The position numbers and the translations under genes are program-made. From assembly GCF_048403405.1 (NCBI RefSeq), contig NZ_CP183129.1: a stretch of DNA of 64,000 nt. One strand, 5' to 3'. This DNA is from Escherichia coli (GTDB taxonomy: Bacteria; Pseudomonadota; Gammaproteobacteria; Enterobacterales; Enterobacteriaceae). Each line of letters starts with the position of its first letter. The first letter of the stretch is position 1. The notes beneath the pieces were generated by a model, which saw nothing but the letters and a program-made list of their open reading frames with translations, ran no database searches and was not told the DNA's origin. Below are positions 23,920-34,344 of this stretch, one piece after another.

Positions 23920-25383
23920 ATGTCTTTAGCAAAAGATAATATATGGAAATTATTGGCGCCCCTGGTGGTGATGGGTGTCATGTTTCTTATCCCTGTACCT
24001 GACGGTATGCCGCCGCAGGCGTGGCATTACTTTGCAGTGTTTGTGGCAATGATTGTCGGCATGATCCTCGAGCCAATTCCGGCAACGGCGATCAGTTTTA
24101 TTGCGGTTACTATTTGCGTTATTGGCAGTAATTACCTGCTCTTTGATGCCAAAGAATTAGCTGACCCAGCGTTTAATGCGCAAAAACAGGCGCTGAAATG
24201 GGGTCTGGCTGGTTTTTCCAGCACCACGGTATGGCTGGTATTTGGCGCATTTATTTTTGCATTAGGGTATGAAGTTTCCGGGTTAGGTCGTCGCATTGCC
24301 CTTTTCCTGGTGAAATTCATGGGCAAACGCACGCTGACGTTGGGTTATGCGATTGTCATTATCGACATTCTGCTGGCACCGTTTACACCGTCCAACACCG
24401 CGCGTACCGGGGGTACGGTTTTTCCGGTCATTAAAAACCTGCCGCCGCTGTTTAAATCATTCCCGAACGATCCGTCCGCGCGTCGTATTGGCGGCTATTT
24501 GATGTGGATGATGGTCATTAGTACCAGTCTGAGTTCGTCCATGTTTGTCACCGGTGCGGCACCAAACGTACTGGGTCTGGAGTTCGTCAGCAAAATTGCC
24601 GGTATCCAGATTAGCTGGTTGCAGTGGTTCCTCTGCTTCCTGCCGGTTGGGGTTATCTTGCTTATCATTGCGCCGTGGCTTTCCTACGTGCTGTACAAAC
24701 CGGAAATCACACACAGTGAAGAAGTGGCAACCTGGGCGGGTGATGAACTAAAAACCATGGGTGCGCTGACACGCAGAGAGTGGACGCTGATTGGTCTTGT
24801 ATTGCTCAGCTTAGGTTTGTGGGTATTTGGCAGTGAAGTCATTAATGCTACTGCGGTAGGTCTGCTGGCAGTTTCGCTAATGCTGGCCCTGCACGTTGTG
24901 CCGTGGAAAGACATTACCCGCTATAACAGCGCATGGAACACACTGGTCAACCTGGCAACTCTGGTTGTGATGGCTAATGGCCTGACTCGTTCTGGTTTTA
25001 TTGACTGGTTCGCCGGTACCATGAGTACGCACCTGGAAGGATTCTCACCAAACGCAACGGTGATTGTACTGGTTCTGGTGTTCTACTTTGCACACTACCT
25101 GTTTGCTAGCCTGTCTGCGCACACCGCAACCATGCTGCCGGTTATTCTGGCCGTCGGTAAAGGTATTCCGGGCGTACCAATGGAACAACTGTGTATCCTG
25201 CTGGTGCTGTCTATCGGTATCATGGGCTGTCTGACGCCGTATGCAACCGGTCCTGGGGTGATTATTTACGGCTGTGGCTATGTGAAATCAAAAGATTACT
25301 GGCGACTTGGTGCAATCTTCGGGGTGATTTACATCTCTATGCTGCTGTTGGTTGGCTGGCCGATTCTCGCCATGTGGAACTAA
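23920..25383 (+). CDS. citT: Citrate:succinate antiporter
   Basis: 487-aa polytopic membrane ORF (DASS family). Confidence 0.9.
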   Translation: MSLAKDNIWKLLAPLVVMGVMFLIPVPDGMPPQAWHYFAVFVAMIVGMILEPIPATAISFIAVTICVIGSNYLLFDAKELADPAFNAQKQALKWGLAGFSSTTVWLVFGAFIFALGYEVSGLGRRIALFLVKFMGKRTLTLGYAIVIIDILLAPFTPSNTARTGGTVFPVIKNLPPLFKSFPNDPSARRIGGYLMWMMVISTSLSSSMFVTGAAPNVLGLEFVSKIAGIQISWLQWFLCFLPVGVILLIIAPWLSYVLYKPEITHSEEVATWAGDELKTMGALTRREWTLIGLVLLSLGLWVFGSEVINATAVGLLAVSLMLALHVVPWKDITRYNSAWNTLVNLATLVVMANGLTRSGFIDWFAGTMSTHLEGFSPNATVIVLVLVFYFAHYLFASLSAHTATMLPVILAVGKGIPGVPMEQLCILLVLSIGIMGCLTPYATGPGVIIYGCGYVKSKDYWRLGAIFGVIYISMLLLVGWPILAMWN

Positions 25384-25414
25384 TACGTTCGCCAAACGCT
25401 GAATAAATCATCAC

Positions 25415-25448
25415 GCCCGCCAGGTAAGCCCACCTGGCGGGCTTTTTT
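25415..25448 (+). terminator. Rho-independent terminator after citT
   Basis: CCCGCCAGGTAAGCCCACCTGGCGGG followed by CTTTTTTAT. Confidence 0.8.
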
Positions 25449-25496
25449 ATGATTTAATAGATAGTATTCAGTGTATGTATGAGTTCCACACCCATT

Positions 25497-26303
25497 ATGA
25501 AAGCATTCTGGCGTAACGCCGCGTTGCTCGCGGTTTCTCTGCTTCCCTTCTCTTCTGCCAACGCCGTAGCGTTGCAGGCAAAACAGTATGGCGATTTTGA
25601 TCGCTATGTCCTGGCCCTCTCATGGCAAACCGGATTTTGCCAGAGTCAACACGATCGAAATCGTAACGAACGAGATGAATGTCGCCTGCAAACCGAAACG
25701 ACCAACAAAGCTGATTTTCTGACCGTACATGGTCTGTGGCCAGGATTGCCTAAATCGGTTGCTGCCCGTGGTGTTGATGAACGCCGCTGGATGCGCTTCG
25801 GTTGCGCTACTCGCCCAATCCCGAATCTGCCAGAAGCACGCGCCAGCCGGATGTGTTCATCGCCGGAAACTGGGTTATCACTGGAAACGGCAGCTAAACT
25901 AAGTGAAGTCATGCCAGGAGCTGGCGGACGTTCCTGCCTGGAACGCTACGAATATGCCAAACACGGTGCCTGCTTTGGTTTTGATCCGGACGCATACTTC
26001 GGTACGATGGTACGCCTGAATCAAGAAATTAAAGAGAGCGAAGCCGGAAAATTCCTTGCGGATAATTACGGTAAAACAGTGAGCCGCCGTGACTTTGACG
26101 CCGCCTTTGCCAAAAGCTGGGGAAAAGAGAACGTGAAAGCAGTTAAGCTAACGTGCCAGGGTAACCCTGCGTATTTGACTGAAATTCAGATCTCGATCAA
26201 AGCTGACGCCATCAACGCTCCGCTTTCTGCCAACTCATTCTTGCCACAACCACACCCAGGCAACTGTGGCAAAACCTTTGTGATTGATAAAGCAGGTTAT
26301 TAA
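25497..26303 (+). CDS. rna: Periplasmic ribonuclease I (RNase T2 family)
   Basis: 268 aa from MKAFWRNAALL...; signal peptide; HGLWP catalytic motif. Confidence 0.9.
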   Translation: MKAFWRNAALLAVSLLPFSSANAVALQAKQYGDFDRYVLALSWQTGFCQSQHDRNRNERDECRLQTETTNKADFLTVHGLWPGLPKSVAARGVDERRWMRFGCATRPIPNLPEARASRMCSSPETGLSLETAAKLSEVMPGAGGRSCLERYEYAKHGACFGFDPDAYFGTMVRLNQEIKESEAGKFLADNYGKTVSRRDFDAAFAKSWGKENVKAVKLTCQGNPAYLTEIQISIKADAINAPLSANSFLPQPHPGNCGKTFVIDKAGY

Positions 26304-26449
26304 TCCTCTGATTTACAAAACACGCTAATTCGTCTTCCATAAACCATGACGATTAAGATTTATACATAATGCGCTACATTGAGGAATTCCCTGAATGTGA
26401 CGCAAATCACTTCAAAGAGTGAGCAACAGTCAGTATCATCATGTGAGTT

Positions 26450-26484
26450 AAACCCTCGCCGCCTGACGGTGAGGGTTTTCTTTT
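26450..26484 (+). terminator. Rho-independent terminator after rna
   Basis: AAACCCTCGCCGCCTGACGGTGAGGGTTTTCTTTT. Confidence 0.8.
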
Positions 26485-26532
26485 GGGTATGTTTATCTGC
26501 GACACTCGCAGTACCGACGACATGGAGTAAAA

Positions 26533-26943
26533 ATGTCCAGACCAACTATCATCATTAACGACCTGGATGCCGAACGCATCGATATTCTGCTGGAGCAACC
26601 CGCCTATGCTGGTTTGCCAATCGCCGACGCGTTAAACGCAGAGTTGGATCGCGCCCAAATGTGTTCGCCAGAAGAGATGCCACACGACGTGGTGACAATG
26701 AACAGCCGGGTTAAATTCCGCAATCTTAGCGATGGCGAAGTGCGTGTGCGCACGCTGGTGTATCCGGCAAAAATGACCGACAGCAATACTCAGCTTTCCG
26801 TTATGGCTCCGGTAGGTGCTGCACTGCTGGGGCTGCGCGTTGGCGATTCCATTCACTGGGAACTTCCGGGCGGCGTTGCAACTCACCTTGAAGTGCTGGA
26901 ACTCGAATACCAGCCAGAAGCTGCTGGCGACTACCTGCTTTAA
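26533..26943 (+). CDS. rnk: Regulator of nucleoside diphosphate kinase (GreA/GreB-like)
   Basis: 136-aa ORF. Confidence 0.9.
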
Positions 26944-26976
26944 TCCCATCTGCACAAGCGATAACTCGCTTTGCCC

Positions 26977-27003
26977 AGAGGATGCACTCGCATCCTCTTT
27001 CCG
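26977..27003 (+). terminator. Probable terminator after rnk
   Basis: AGAGGATGCACTCGCATCCTCT hairpin followed by TTTCC. Confidence 0.6.
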
Positions 27004-27298
27004 CTCAAATATCAACCAGATTTATCATTTTGCTCTTAAGCGCAGCATTCTAATCTGAACTGGTTATTCATCTGCGGAACCTCATATGAGCGAAGCTCTC
27101 GGTATCACTGCATTTTATATATTCATAGCAGCAATTATTGTTGCTGCAGTGCTATACCTTGAACAACGCTGGTAGCGCCTGGTTTTATTTATTTTCCAGC
27201 TCAATAGCAAATTCAGATCAAATCAGCCTCGCAAATCATAGATTCATAACCAATAATGTGCTGTTATGTATACATGCAAAAACAAGGAGAGAATGCTT

Positions 27299-27727
27299 AT
27301 GTACAAAACAATCATCATGCCAGTGGATGTTTTCGAAATGGAATTGAGCGACAAAGCGGTTCGCCACGCTGAATTCCTCGCCCAGGATGACGGAGTTATT
27401 CATCTACTTCACGTACTACCGGGGTCAGCCAGCCTGAGCCTGCACCGTTTTGCCGCTGATGTGCGTCGTTTTGAAGAGCATCTGCAACATGAAGCAGAAG
27501 AACGTCTGCAAACGATGGTCAGCCACTTCACCATCGATCCTTCCCGCATTAAGCAACATGTCCGTTTTGGTAGCGTGCGGGATGAAGTCAATGAGTTGGC
27601 AGAAGAACTGGGGGCTGATGTTGTAGTTATCGGTTCTCGCAACCCATCGATTTCGACCCATCTGTTAGGTTCTAACGCCTCGAGCGTGATCCGCCACGCC
27701 AATCTGCCGGTGCTGGTTGTGCGTTAA
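27299..27727 (+). CDS. uspG: Universal stress protein G
   Basis: 142 aa from MYKTIIMPV...; AAGGAGAG RBS upstream; UspA fold. Confidence 0.9.
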   Translation: MYKTIIMPVDVFEMELSDKAVRHAEFLAQDDGVIHLLHVLPGSASLSLHRFAADVRRFEEHLQHEAEERLQTMVSHFTIDPSRIKQHVRFGSVRDEVNELAEELGADVVVIGSRNPSISTHLLGSNASSVIRHANLPVLVVR

Positions 27728-27743
27728 TTGCCAGAATAAATAT

Positions 27744-27780
27744 CCCGCCCTGCCCGGAGCCATCCCGGCGGGGCTTTTTA
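27744..27780 (+). terminator. Probable terminator after uspG
   Basis: CCCGCC...GGCGGGG stem followed by CTTTTTA. Confidence 0.6.
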
Positions 27781-27786
27781 TTGCCA

Positions 27787-27816
27787 TAAAAAAGCCGCCA
27801 GGTTTGACCCCGGCGG
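27787..27816 (-). terminator. Rho-independent terminator after ahpF (minus strand)
   Basis: Reverse complement reads GCCGCCGGGGTCAAACCTGGCGGC then TTTTTT. Confidence 0.7.
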
Positions 27817-27847
27817 CTAAGCAATTGCAGGTGAATCTTACTTCTTC

Positions 27848-29413
27848 TTATGCTGTTTTGGTGCGAATCAGGTAGTCAAAAGCACTCAGAGAGGCTTTGG
27901 CACCTTCGCCAGTGGCGATGATGATCTGCTTGTACGGAACCGTTGTACAGTCACCCGCTGCGAACACGCCTTTCACGTTGGTTTCGCATTTCGCATCAAT
28001 GATAATCTCACCCATGCGGTTACGTTCGACTGCGCCTTCCAGCCAGTTGGTGTTCGGCAGCAGACCAATCTGGACGAAAATACCGGCCAGTTCGATGTTG
28101 TGAATATCGCCGCTGACACGATCGCGATATTCCAGACCAACGACTTTGCTGCCGTCGCCTTTCACTTCCGTGGTTTGCGCATTCAGAATAATTTCGACGT
28201 TTTTCAGGCTGCGCAGTTTGTCCTGCAGAACCTGGTCGGCTTTCATTTCTGGCGCAAATTCCAGCAGCGTTACGTGCTCAACGATACCCGCCAGGTCGAT
28301 TGCCGCTTCCACGCCGGAGTTACCGCCGCCGATAACCGCTACGCGTTTGCCTTTAAACAGCGGGCCGTCGCAGTGCGGGCAGTAGGTCACGCCTTTGGTG
28401 CGATACTGATCTTCGCCCGGAACGTTCATGTTGCGCCATTTTGCACCGGTCGCCACGATAATGCTGCGTGCTTTCAGTACCGCGCCAGAAGCTGTTTCAA
28501 TCTGATGCAGGCCGCCTTCAACCGCTGCCGGGATCAGTTTGCTGGCGCTCTGGCTGTCGATCACATCAACGTCGTATTCATCAACGTGAACTTTCAGCGC
28601 ACCTGCCAGTTTCTGGCCTTCGGTCTTCGGTACAGAAATGTAGTTTTCGATATCAACGGTATCGAGGATCTGACCACCAAAACGTTCGCCCATCAGACCG
28701 GTACGGATGCCTTTACGTGCGGAGTAAATTGCTGCCGCTGCGCCCGCCGGGCCGGAACCGACGATTAATACGTCATAAGCATCACGCTTGTTCAGCTCTT
28801 CTGCCGCACGTTTTTCCGCGCCAGTATCAATTTTGGCGACGATTTCAGTCAACGTCATGCGACCCTGACCAAACTCTTTCCCGTTTACGAACACTGCCGG
28901 AACGCCCATCACGTTGCGATCGGTGATTTCGTTCTGGAAGGTGCCGCCGTCAATTGCAGTGTGCTTGATGCGCGGGTTCAGTACGCTCATCAGGTTCAGC
29001 GCCTGCACCACATCCGGGCAGTTGTGGCAAGAGAGCGAGTAATAGGTTTCGAATTCAAAATCACCGTCAATATGGCGAATCTGCTCCAGCAGAGACTGCG
29101 CTTCTTTCGACGGATGACCACCTGTCCACAGCAACGCCAGTACCAGCGAGGTAAACTCGTGGCCCAGCGGGGAGCCTGCAAAACGTGGCCCCTGGTTGGA
29201 ACCTGGGTTGGTGATCAGGAAAGACGGCTTACGCACTGGCAAGCTGTTATCTTCTTTAAAGGTGACTTTGTCTGACAGTTCTGCGATTTCAGCCAACAGT
29301 TCCTTGATTTCTGCCGATTTAGCGCTGTCATCCAGCGTGGCAATTAACTCAACAGGCTTGGTCAATTTCTCAAGGTAAGCCTTGAGTTGAGTTTTCATAT
29401 TTGTGTCGAGCAT
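27848..29413 (-). CDS. ahpF: Alkyl hydroperoxide reductase subunit F
   Basis: 521 aa from MLDTNMK...; CxxC (CHNC and CPHC) and FAD/NAD-binding motifs. Confidence 0.95.
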   Translation of the reverse strand: MLDTNMKTQLKAYLEKLTKPVELIATLDDSAKSAEIKELLAEIAELSDKVTFKEDNSLPVRKPSFLITNPGSNQGPRFAGSPLGHEFTSLVLALLWTGGHPSKEAQSLLEQIRHIDGDFEFETYYSLSCHNCPDVVQALNLMSVLNPRIKHTAIDGGTFQNEITDRNVMGVPAVFVNGKEFGQGRMTLTEIVAKIDTGAEKRAAEELNKRDAYDVLIVGSGPAGAAAAIYSARKGIRTGLMGERFGGQILDTVDIENYISVPKTEGQKLAGALKVHVDEYDVDVIDSQSASKLIPAAVEGGLHQIETASGAVLKARSIIVATGAKWRNMNVPGEDQYRTKGVTYCPHCDGPLFKGKRVAVIGGGNSGVEAAIDLAGIVEHVTLLEFAPEMKADQVLQDKLRSLKNVEIILNAQTTEVKGDGSKVVGLEYRDRVSGDIHNIELAGIFVQIGLLPNTNWLEGAVERNRMGEIIIDAKCETNVKGVFAAGDCTTVPYKQIIIATGEGAKASLSAFDYLIRTKTA

Positions 29414-29583
29414 GTTTATCTCCTGGGCTTTAAACATCATCATGCAAGCGGCCTCTGCGGCTACCTGGATGCAGCTTGCATCATGGTGCGGGGAAGAAAA
29501 TCGGGTGCCGTAGCACCCGAAGAATTAGGTGAATTTCCGAAGTATTTCGCGCCGGAGTTGGTAGCGCGAAAGACGAAGGAAAT

Positions 29584-30147
29584 TTAGATTTTACCAACCA
29601 GGTCCAGAGACGGAGCCAGAGTTGCTTCACCTTCTTTCCATTTAGCCGGGCAAACTTCACCTGGGTGAGAAGCTACGTACTGTGCTGCTTTGATTTTACG
29701 CAGCAGGTCAGACGCGTCACGGCCAATGCCTTCAGCGGTAACTTCGATTGCCTGGATGATACCCTGCGGGTCAACAACGAAGGTCGCACGGTCAGCCAGA
29801 CCTTCATCTTCACGCATGTTGTCGAAGTTACGGGTCAGGGCGCCAGTCGGGTCGCCGATCATCGCATATTTGATTTTAGCGATGGTTTCAGAGCTGCTGT
29901 GCCATGCTTTGTGGGTGAAGTGAGTATCGGTAGATACTGCGTATACGTCTACGCCCAGTTTCTGCAGTTCTTCGTAGTGGTCAGCAACGTCACCCAGTTC
30001 GGTCGGGCATACGAAAGTAAAGTCAGCCGGGTAGAAAAAGAAGACGCTCCAGCGGCCTTCGGTATCTTTTTCGGTGATTTCGATGAATTCGCCGTTTTTG
30101 AATGCCTGGTTTTTAAAAGGTTTAATTTTGGTGTTAATCAAGGACAT
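29584..30147 (-). CDS. ahpC: Alkyl hydroperoxide reductase subunit C (2-Cys peroxiredoxin)
   Basis: 187-aa ORF with FTFVCPTEL peroxidatic-Cys motif. Confidence 0.95.
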   Translation of the reverse strand: MSLINTKIKPFKNQAFKNGEFIEITEKDTEGRWSVFFFYPADFTFVCPTELGDVADHYEELQKLGVDVYAVSTDTHFTHKAWHSSSETIAKIKYAMIGDPTGALTRNFDNMREDEGLADRATFVVDPQGIIQAIEVTAEGIGRDASDLLRKIKAAQYVASHPGEVCPAKWKEGEATLAPSLDLVGKI

Positions 30148-30518
30148 CTATACTTCCTCCGTGTTTTCGATGAGATGTAAGGTAACCAATTTTTGCCGAT
30201 TCGGCTAATGCGTTTCCATTATCAAATCGATAAGTTTTACCTTACAACCTTCGTAAGACAACTTTGTGAACTTTGCACCGCCAGCGGCGATAAAAAGTAA
30301 AATGGCCCCCTTTCCAGGTGACCGTGTAATCTGAACTACCCTTTGGTATCTTCAGCGCCTGCCTGCAGGCTGAGGTGTTGCCCTTACAAATGCAACAACG
30401 ACATGGATTACAACACCCTCATAAACAAAGGGCAATCACCTGATCTAAGCTCTTACCTATGACAGTGATAGGTTATGCCTTTTACCCGACTTTTGCACTG
30501 ACTGAAAAGGACAAATTA
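30148..30518. promoter_or_regulatory. Divergent ahpC / dsbG promoter region, expected to carry OxyR-dependent control
   Basis: 371-bp intergenic region between divergent genes; contains palindrome CCTATGACAGTGATAGG about 60 bp upstream of dsbG; exact OxyR site not resolved. Confidence 0.45.
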
Positions 30519-31265
30519 ATGTTAAAAAAGATACTTTTACTGGCTCTGCTTCCTGCAATCGCCTTCGCAGAGGAACTTCCTGATCCAGTAAAAGCGATTG
30601 AAAAACAGGGTATTACGATCATCAAAACATTCGATGCTCCCGGAGGAATGAAAGGTTATCTCGGAAAGTATCAGGATATGGGCGTCACCATCTACCTAAC
30701 TCCAGATGGTAAGCACGCTATCTCCGGTTACATGTACAACGAGAAAGGTGAAAACCTGAGTAACACACTTATCGAAAAAGAAATTTACGCACCAGCCGGA
30801 CGCGAAATGTGGCAACGGATGGAACAATCCCACTGGCTCCTCGACGGTAAAAAAGACGCGCCGGTCATTGTCTACGTCTTCGCCGATCCGTTCTGCCCAT
30901 ATTGTAAACAGTTCTGGCAGCAGGCTCGCCCGTGGGTTGATTCTGGCAAAGTGCAATTAAGAACATTGTTGGTTGGCGTTATCAAGCCAGAAAGCCCGGC
31001 GACAGCAGCGGCAATTCTTGCCTCCAAAGATCCCGCAAAAACCTGGCAAGAATATGAAGCCTCTGGTGGCAAGCTTAAGCTAAACGTGCCTGCAAACGTA
31101 AGTACAGAGCAAATGAAAGTGTTAAGCGACAACGAAAAACTCATGGACAATCTGGGGGCAAATGTCACACCAGCTATCTACTACATGAGTAAGGAAAATA
31201 CGCTGCAACAGGCCGTGGGGTTGCCCGATCAGAAAACGCTTAATATCATTATGGGGAATAAATAA
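30519..31265 (+). CDS. dsbG: Periplasmic thiol:disulfide interchange protein DsbG
   Basis: 248 aa from MLKKILLL...; signal peptide; CPYC active site. Confidence 0.9.
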   Translation: MLKKILLLALLPAIAFAEELPDPVKAIEKQGITIIKTFDAPGGMKGYLGKYQDMGVTIYLTPDGKHAISGYMYNEKGENLSNTLIEKEIYAPAGREMWQRMEQSHWLLDGKKDAPVIVYVFADPFCPYCKQFWQQARPWVDSGKVQLRTLLVGVIKPESPATAAAILASKDPAKTWQEYEASGGKLKLNVPANVSTEQMKVLSDNEKLMDNLGANVTPAIYYMSKENTLQQAVGLPDQKTLNIIMGNK

Positions 31266-31472
31266 AAGATAATTCATGGATGGTTGAAATATATCCCTGT
31301 TTTTCAACCATCCTAAAAAAGCATGAATTGCTCGCTCTGCCCTAAGTGGCTGTGCTATTTTAGAAAAACTTAACTCTGAGTTAAGCAAAAAAACATAATA
31401 CAAATAAATACAACAGCAACATTATTGAACAAATGAATGATTTATAGAAGAGATAATATAACGGAGTATGTT

Positions 31473-32375
31473 ATGGCGAATCTTTATGACCTAAAAAAAT
31501 TTGATCTGAATTTACTGGTCATATTTGAGTGCATTTATCAACACCTCAGCATTAGCAAAGCAGCAGAATCATTATATATAACGCCATCTGCCGTTAGTCA
31601 GTCGTTACAACGTTTACGTGCGCAATTTAATGACCCGTTATTCATTCGCTCAGGGAAAGGTATCGCGCCGACTACGACAGGGTTAAATCTGCATCATCAT
31701 CTTGAGAAAAATCTCAGAGGCATTGAACAAACGATCAATATTGTTAATAAGTCTGAGCTAAAGAAAAATTTTATTATCTACGGCCCTCAGCTTATTTCTT
31801 GTACTAATAACAACATGCTAATCCGCTGTCTTAGACAAGATACTTCAATCGATATAGAATGCCATGACATACTGCTTTCAGCTGAAAATGCCGAAGAACT
31901 GTTGGTTCAACGCAAAACTGACCTGGCAATTACACTACAACCAGTAATTAGCCGCTCTGTCATCTGCATGCCGTTACATACTATTCGCAATTCTCTTATA
32001 TGTAGCAATAAACATCCTCGTATTACCGATACCAGTAACTATGAACAAATTATCGCCGAAGAATTCACCTTGTTGATATCTAAATCAGCAGGGATTGACG
32101 AAATTCAAATGGACATAGATGAACGTTTTATGAACCGTAAAGTTTCATTTCGCAGTTCTTCTTTGTTGACGATAATTAATAGTATTTCTGTTACTGACTT
32201 ATTGGGCATTGTGCCCACCGAACTGTACGATTTACATCGTGATTTTTTGAAGTTACAAGAGATAAAACTGGAACGACCACTTCCTGCGGTTAAACTTTAT
32301 ATTTCCTATAACAAGGCTTCGTTGAACAACCTTGTCTTCTCACGATTCATAGATCGTTTAAATGATAGCTTCTGA
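31473..32375 (+). CDS. ybdO: LysR-family transcriptional regulator YbdO
   Basis: 300 aa from MANLYDLKKFDLNLL...; HTH N-terminus; AT-rich gene. Confidence 0.8.
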   Translation: MANLYDLKKFDLNLLVIFECIYQHLSISKAAESLYITPSAVSQSLQRLRAQFNDPLFIRSGKGIAPTTTGLNLHHHLEKNLRGIEQTINIVNKSELKKNFIIYGPQLISCTNNNMLIRCLRQDTSIDIECHDILLSAENAEELLVQRKTDLAITLQPVISRSVICMPLHTIRNSLICSNKHPRITDTSNYEQIIAEEFTLLISKSAGIDEIQMDIDERFMNRKVSFRSSSLLTIINSISVTDLLGIVPTELYDLHRDFLKLQEIKLERPLPAVKLYISYNKASLNNLVFSRFIDRLNDSF

Positions 32376-32521
32376 TTTATTACCACTGATAAATGTTATA
32401 TTACGCATCAATTGATTCATTGTGTGAATATAAAATAATGTGCTCTATCTTGCTTCGTTTACCCTATAATTAGCGGATTCATCTCACGAGTCACCCCGTA
32501 ACGTTCAGAGAGCGTTTTCAG

Positions 32522-33742
32522 ATGTCTATTTATAAAATCCCGCTTCCACTGAATATTCTGGAAGCTGCAAAAGAACGTATTACCTGGACACTTAACACCC
32601 TACCCCGCGTCTGCGTTTCTTTTTCGGGTGGTAAAGATTCCGGATTAATGCTGCATCTGACCGCCGAACTTGCCCGACAAATGGGCAAAAAAATTTGTGT
32701 TTTATTTATCGACTGGGAAGCTCAGTTCTCTTGCACCATTAACTATATTCAGTCCCTGCGCGAGTTGTACACCGATGTCATCGAAGAGTTTTACTGGGTT
32801 GCGCTCCCGCTTACAACGCAAAATTCCCTATCACAATACCAACCCGAATGGCAGTGCTGGGAACCTGATGTCGAATGGGTACGTCAGCCCCCGCAAGATG
32901 CGATAACCGATCCTGACTTTTTCTCCTTTTACCAGCCTGGCATGACCTTCGAACAATTTGTGCGTGAGTTTGCCGAATGGTTTTCGCAAAAACGTCCGGC
33001 GGCGATGATGATCGGCATCCGTGCGGATGAGTCCTACAACCGTTTTGTCGCCATCGCCAGTTTAAATAAACAACGTTTTGCCGATGATAAGCCCTGGACT
33101 ACTGCCGCACCAGGCGGTCATAGCTGGTACATTTACCCCATCTACGACTGGAAAGTCGCTGATATCTGGACCTGGTATGCAAATCATCAAAGTCTCTGCA
33201 ACCCACTGTATAACCTAATGTATCAGGCAGGCGTTCCTCTGCGTCATATGCGAATTTGCGAACCTTTTGGTCCGGAACAACGGCAAGGATTATGGCTCTA
33301 TCACGTTATCGAACCGGATCGCTGGGCTGCTATGTGCGCACGAGTCAGCGGGGTAAAAAGTGGCGGCATTTACGCCGGACATGACAACCATTTTTATGGT
33401 CATCGGAAAATCCTCAAGCCCGAACATTTAGACTGGCAGGAGTATGCATTATTGCTACTCAACAGCATGCCGGAGAAAACAGCTGAGCATTATCGCAATA
33501 AAATCGCCATTTATTTGCACTGGTATCAGAAAAAAGGCATCGAGGTTCCACAAACCCAGCAAGGGGACATTGGCGCGAAAGATATCCCCTCCTGGCGGCG
33601 AATATGCAAAGTTTTACTCAATAACGATTACTGGTGTCGGGCATTATCATTTAGCCCGACCAAAGCGAAGAACTATCAGCGTTATAACGAACGAATAAAA
33701 GGAAAACGTCAGGAATGGGGGATACTATGCAACAACGATTAA
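32522..33742 (+). CDS. ybdN: PAPS-reductase-like (PP-loop ATP pyrophosphatase) family protein YbdN
   Basis: 406-aa ORF with N-terminal SFSGGKDS PP-loop motif. Confidence 0.85.
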   Translation: MSIYKIPLPLNILEAAKERITWTLNTLPRVCVSFSGGKDSGLMLHLTAELARQMGKKICVLFIDWEAQFSCTINYIQSLRELYTDVIEEFYWVALPLTTQNSLSQYQPEWQCWEPDVEWVRQPPQDAITDPDFFSFYQPGMTFEQFVREFAEWFSQKRPAAMMIGIRADESYNRFVAIASLNKQRFADDKPWTTAAPGGHSWYIYPIYDWKVADIWTWYANHQSLCNPLYNLMYQAGVPLRHMRICEPFGPEQRQGLWLYHVIEPDRWAAMCARVSGVKSGGIYAGHDNHFYGHRKILKPEHLDWQEYALLLLNSMPEKTAEHYRNKIAIYLHWYQKKGIEVPQTQQGDIGAKDIPSWRRICKVLLNNDYWCRALSFSPTKAKNYQRYNERIKGKRQEWGILCNND

Positions 33743-34344
33743 CGCAGGATTTAACCCAATTTCTCGCCAGCTTGCCGGAAGACGATCGCATCAAAGCGAT
33801 TAATGAAATCCGCATGGCGATCCATCAGGTTAGCCCCTTTCGAGAAGAGCCAGTGGATTGCGTTCTGTGGGTTAAAAACAGCCAACTTATGCCTAATGAT
33901 TACAACCCAAACAACGTGGCACCACCCGAAAAAAAACTGCTGAAAAAATCCATTGAAATAGATGGTTTTACCCAACCCATTGTGGTCACGCATACGGATA
34001 AAAATGCCCTGGAAATCGTGGATGGTTTTCACCGCCATGAAATTGGTAAAGGCTCATCATCGTTAAAATTACGCTTAAAAGGTTATTTGCCGGTGACCTG
34101 TCTGGAAGGTACGCGTAATCAACGCATCGCCGCGACTATTCGTCATAACCGCGCTCGTGGACGTCACCAAATCACTGCCATGTCAGAAATCGTCCGTGAA
34201 CTCAGCCAGTTGGGATGGGACGATAATAAAATTGGCAAAGAGCTGGGAATGGACAGCGACGAAGTGCTACGCCTGAAGCAAATTAACGGCCTGCAAGAGT
34301 TGTTTGCCGACCGTCAATATTCCCGCGCCTGGACGGTTAAATAG
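33715..34344 (+). CDS. ybdM: ParB/sulfiredoxin-fold domain protein YbdM
   Basis: 209-aa ORF overlapping ybdN by 28 bp; ParB-like N-terminal region. Confidence 0.85.
   Translation: MGDTMQQRLTQDLTQFLASLPEDDRIKAINEIRMAIHQVSPFREEPVDCVLWVKNSQLMPNDYNPNNVAPPEKKLLKKSIEIDGFTQPIVVTHTDKNALEIVDGFHRHEIGKGSSSLKLRLKGYLPVTCLEGTRNQRIAATIRHNRARGRHQITAMSEIVRELSQLGWDDNKIGKELGMDSDEVLRLKQINGLQELFADRQYSRAWTVK

Noticed and set aside
30447-30465. CCTATGACAGTGATAGG palindrome as a definite OxyR operator for ahpC
   Set aside because: It lies near dsbG, about 300 bp from the ahpC start, and a full four-element OxyR motif could not be matched with confidence; kept only as a note within the divergent-promoter feature.
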